This document shows, in pieces, positions 62,501 to 64,000 of a DNA stretch of 64,000 nucleotides. Made by a program: the position numbers and the translations under genes. Position 1 is the first letter of the stretch, and each line of letters begins with the position of its first letter. The stretch is from Monocercomonoides exilis PA203 (lineage: Eukaryota; Protista; Preaxostyla), in NCBI GenBank assembly GCA_001643675.2, contig LSRY02000018.1, positions 744,001 to 808,000 of the forward strand, read 5' to 3'. The notes under the pieces are model-generated. The model was not told where the DNA came from, made no database searches, and saw only the letters and a program-made list of their open reading frames with translations.

Positions 62501-64000
62501 ACAGTTTGATTTTGTTAAATGAGAGAGCATCGTGGTTGAATATTGCTGCATCAAACACCCCCATCGTGAAGTCAAATCGAAATGTAGAAAACGTTGAACT
62601 CCAAGAAGGAAATACGGTCATCGAAGACAATTCAATTGGCTTGCTTATTACTGCTTGCGATACAATAGATATTCCTTTGTTTGTGGCAGTTGAATCAAGA
62701 ATCTTATCCATACCATATTCAAATGTCTTGCACGGCTCGCTTTCATTCCCACATCTGAACCAGTCTTCCCCATGCTCAGAACCAGCATTCTTCACATTGA
62801 CAATCGCCAGATGAATAGTCATTAAAAAAATAAGATCGATATGTTGGTCAATTGAAGAAGCATTGCACCCACACATCATGTTTTCAACATCAGTTGTTGG
62901 AGTTAGAAGATTCCCAAATTTTTCAAATGTCACACAAGAATTAAGATTTGGTGCTTGGATGTATATATCTCGTCCATATTTTGCCTTGTTAGATTCAAAA
63001 CTGCATCCAGTAATTTTATAATCGCTGCTAATATCTTTCAATAGCAAAAAAACTCCTCCTCCTTTTCCAGCCGATTCACTGGCAGTATTAGATGATATTA
63101 GGCATCGATTAATTTCAAATTTTTTATTCGCCCCAACTGCAAAGGAAATGGCTCCTCCATTGATTGATGCTGTGCAAGACGATGAAGAAAAATTGCATGA
63201 TGTAGCATTGAAGGAGCCGATGCCAGTCGAAGAAGATATAACAACACATGAACTTGTCTCTTTGGTCGATGAAATTCGTTCAAATCCACAATTGGACAAT
63301 TCAATTTTCTGCGAAGATGATCCACTCACTAATTGTGAAATAAGACCTGCTTTGGAAGAGGTGAACTTGAGGTTTGCAAATCGGCTTTCAGAAAACTTGA
63401 AAATCCCATTTTGAAGGGAGAACAATGAACAAGAGCAACATAATTCACTGGAAGCATTAAATGATGTGCTTTCAAGAACAAGTCTGCCTCCGCTTATTGA
63501 AACAAGCGCAATTGTTAAAGCATTTGAAGCACTTCCAACAAAAATACAATTTGAAAAGGTTTGGGTTCCGCTTGTTCCACTCAGCAACTTCTGAACTGAA
63601 CTTCCTTGAGGAACTGAGCCAATTGAATAAACAATGTTTTGAGATTGAAAGGCGCCTGATGATATAAAAGCAGAATTCGCGGTTCCTGCAATTCCGTCAA
63701 TAATAATTGTTGCAGTTGCTGATGAATCATTTCTGCTAATAACAACATTTGACACTTCAGTTCCAGAATAAGACACTTTCACAGTTCCATTTGCTTTGAT
63801 TGTTCTGGAAGATCCATTTAGGCGTTGAATAGCCTGAGTAATTGTCCTGCAATGAGCGATTACTGATCCACAATACTTTCCATCCCCTCGCGACGCATTT
63901 GAAGCATGAATTATCGACGATGTGTATCCAAATATGAAGGGCATCAAATCAAAATCCCCCCGAAATGTTGCATTGTCTCTTCCAAACCACGCATTTGTTC
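56598..64000 (-). CDS. Giant single-pass membrane protein: repeated beta-helix (pectin-lyase/Pmp-like) ectodomain, TM helix, truncated pseudokinase; 5' end outside the window
   Basis: The frame is open to the window edge (TNAWFGRDNATFRGDFDL...). Five G-x-D-x3-CG-x4-PC-like motifs, each followed by GGA[ILV]/GKGG and F-x-x-N-x-A-x-x-G-like motifs. Hydrophobic TM at ~57510-57590. Kinase C-lobe remnants RWKAPE, VFTLGLILHEM.TG, W...P..R. Confidence 0.9.
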   Translation of the reverse strand, partial: TNAWFGRDNATFRGDFDLMPFIFGYTSSIIHASNASRGDGKYCGSVIAHCRTITQAIQRLNGSSRTIKANGTVKVSYSGTEVSNVVISRNDSSATATIIIDGIAGTANSAFISSGAFQSQNIVYSIGSVPQGSSVQKLLSGTSGTQTFSNCIFVGSASNALTIALVSISGGRLVLESTSFNASSELCCSCSLFSLQNGIFKFSESRFANLKFTSSKAGLISQLVSGSSSQKIELSNCGFERISSTKETSSCVVISSSTGIGSFNATSCNFSSSSCTASINGGAISFAVGANKKFEINRCLISSNTASESAGKGGGVFLLLKDISSDYKITGCSFESNKAKYGRDIYIQAPNLNSCVTFEKFGNLLTPTTDVENMMCGCNASSIDQHIDLIFLMTIHLAIVNVKNAGSEHGEDWFRCGNESEPCKTFEYGMDKILDSTATNKGISIVSQAVISKPIELSSMTVFPSWSSTFSTFRFDFTMGVFDAAIFNHDALSFNKIKLYLPSVQNVLKTLILTDNFLNMNNASFESEQLDSSVFLHVIEVKEGTVVLNNCSIGEHSFRLESSFMKYAGSSAITMNNISVGMILLCAAFFSETAGGRSTLLLKNISFDRCSASPQAAMSPIISSQLEGSVNIEECDFRNVGNAKCKEGGVINVWLKDTGKIKIAGCQVGECFCDEATGKGGFLYLSKRQSEGQYDLSVESEYSNNKAHIGKNLFFYFDSLNESVSADRLFLPVDDPAVEGGKAYVGKDAIFDSMDLAAFLVQFVSNKVHVSSTGYDILRCGSADFPCHSIWRGLKNVKNDSSDKEIILDTLVKLESCFEFLDLTLSASSTSKEAGITIFSDLSPSNKDAVIDISGSCFFATVIILLPSEFMGQQLSVIKSSASEGVLQLSSCSFAKQSNFLTPISYSLVSVTNGKLLLHGCAAENLIFSESPFVILQSVTATFEQSHFLSVTLQTASLLTAAEVGVQSVQLNSAATSEFAFKNCSFDKIVAKEGSSKSVIIADPLSSSLSLINCSATRLTSLESNKGGGMKIKFKAGGSLSVRGNSVSGTSVISSCSCSPSTGKGGFCCIDSVGVDADFVFEKIKFSDNVAFLGKNIFFLCVDLYSSVKPEQFSIDFDEWTSDVNAFSGMDTSYFTTKAVDLLAFIADYSSERIIVSSSFGADVKGCGKKSLPCASFSTGLKHVTSSSEPDQLVAHLLIEDLAHVERCFDVSEHEIGSLRDAHAEISIASSLTPLSSSSSSVGSEDCVLFNKKTLKLTLLRFSIPTEFTTSQSVLILSSSGMLHMTDCSIQINSETNKGIAYCLVEVRSGAFEMKDFSLDNLAFDSNPMRFRGKDVEGKMENCQFEELTLKFPLFSIPETHTALSGREHGADSSFSSLTNGDCAIELISCQMNGIRREDDGSCLLSCEAINSIKYKMNGCILNGCESKSSARGGSMLFTLGAGSNERIAFEINSTTMGKCIASTANGRGGGVYLDCGGVPAEGRNGLVGNENVLGFRFKNAFFSFNDAWSGRDVFILCVNIESQVSAEQFVMDFEKSVSERRNAIYGREIGMGEEEKDRDLIDKIMFFRGEQVFVSRKGEDNNGCGSITQPCKTINEVSKHVSEGRLPTIFVDAQASIEGEADLIGISLVPLDESCAILMNSTIAKSAEREYTITAKENVQIDNVAFNFGGVLKVTHSSLIGILEGKLGMNECNFAGIEIGAQFDGSLVTVIGGVLKITKSTFREFSVVNCIINCKSSTSTNMDRVNFEGLSGKCFVSCSGSTFSASQLTVSSAKAKEAIVSCSGNSTIALLQSVFKKIEVEDGSAIQVENNEAMRMEDNEAEVERAFSASLCTFTNVSCGKNEGRVISCLTEKSVQFINNTLSLCSCLATKGKQLRVLNNKDLEIDACLFDGWEEAIVEANNNGEIDEICRWDGSLVDVTNCQATIKETSIVNSSDGGITLFGGNITIEKGEFLNNNKQIPSYKSARRNIICSEDGNLNIISLKGGDGWERNTSLWILNGGCLFEGIVSERASPFFIPVLESVETREEVEEVEIVFKGKLLLPCNLLFMIAKQIGDEKQIEKFVFDESGYLSETEAKGRVQKETISEAGEEAEVRICILFGNADNPSFTDSFILKNKSESSSNGEGKITEGSGKSEWGVTAFICCAIILFIFAVIFVVVIVLMRKKLNEAEKKAKKTGSEYEQINENAERRRENNGGSFEMSEMPSTLLEGMTSQIPLLIDNDEEDETESPSTTNDETLNENEMSVYEFPSPRSEGVCVSGMPHSHSLNVISAKKPFREKEKRSLKTLYSTIHSVQGNFTLGTRAMDVVDGKEVVLAVAELFEHLISVGDERVEMMGRQLCPYSIFVEEGNNEIFVLAEKIEDEKEKGEMKRWKAPEVGNEDEEIEKAVVFTLGLILHEMTTGEETLSECEAEEAQEMMRDGVRPLTEGIEEEEIVEVMEKMWANEPNDRCTLGEVIVLLKKQMD

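Overview
AT-rich, intron-rich eukaryotic genomic DNA using the standard code (spliced genes end in TAA, TAG and TGA). The gene families and style (GTTTG splice donors, poly-Ser/Glu inflation, a repeated ~430-aa helical gene family, a giant beta-helix/pseudokinase membrane protein) suggest an oxymonad such as Monocercomonoides; this is an inference. Manual splicing gives about 17 intact genes: a SPRY-like protein, proteasome Rpt3, exosome Rrp43, Sec23, a CENP-K homologue almost invisible in the ORF track, Vps29, a TPR protein, a kinesin, a Rho/Rac GTPase, a hidden 79-aa gene, a Pga1-like membrane protein, a Ser-rich protein, ATAD2/Yta7, Sen54, two members of a lineage-expanded helical family and a receptor-like pseudokinase running off the window. 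There are also at least two pseudogenes and many microsatellites. The most notable observations are: (i) a kinesin with a destroyed switch I whose hidden last exon ends KGCCTIV*, directly upstream of a Rho GTPase ending KGCCTIL*; (ii) the six-exon CENP-K; (iii) a repeated C-rich to G-rich compositional switch, independent of gene strand, that tracks synonymous codon choice and low-complexity inserts; (iv) a 9-nt microexon and a GC-AG intron, both at P-loops. No tRNA, rRNA, CRISPR array or intact transposon was seen.
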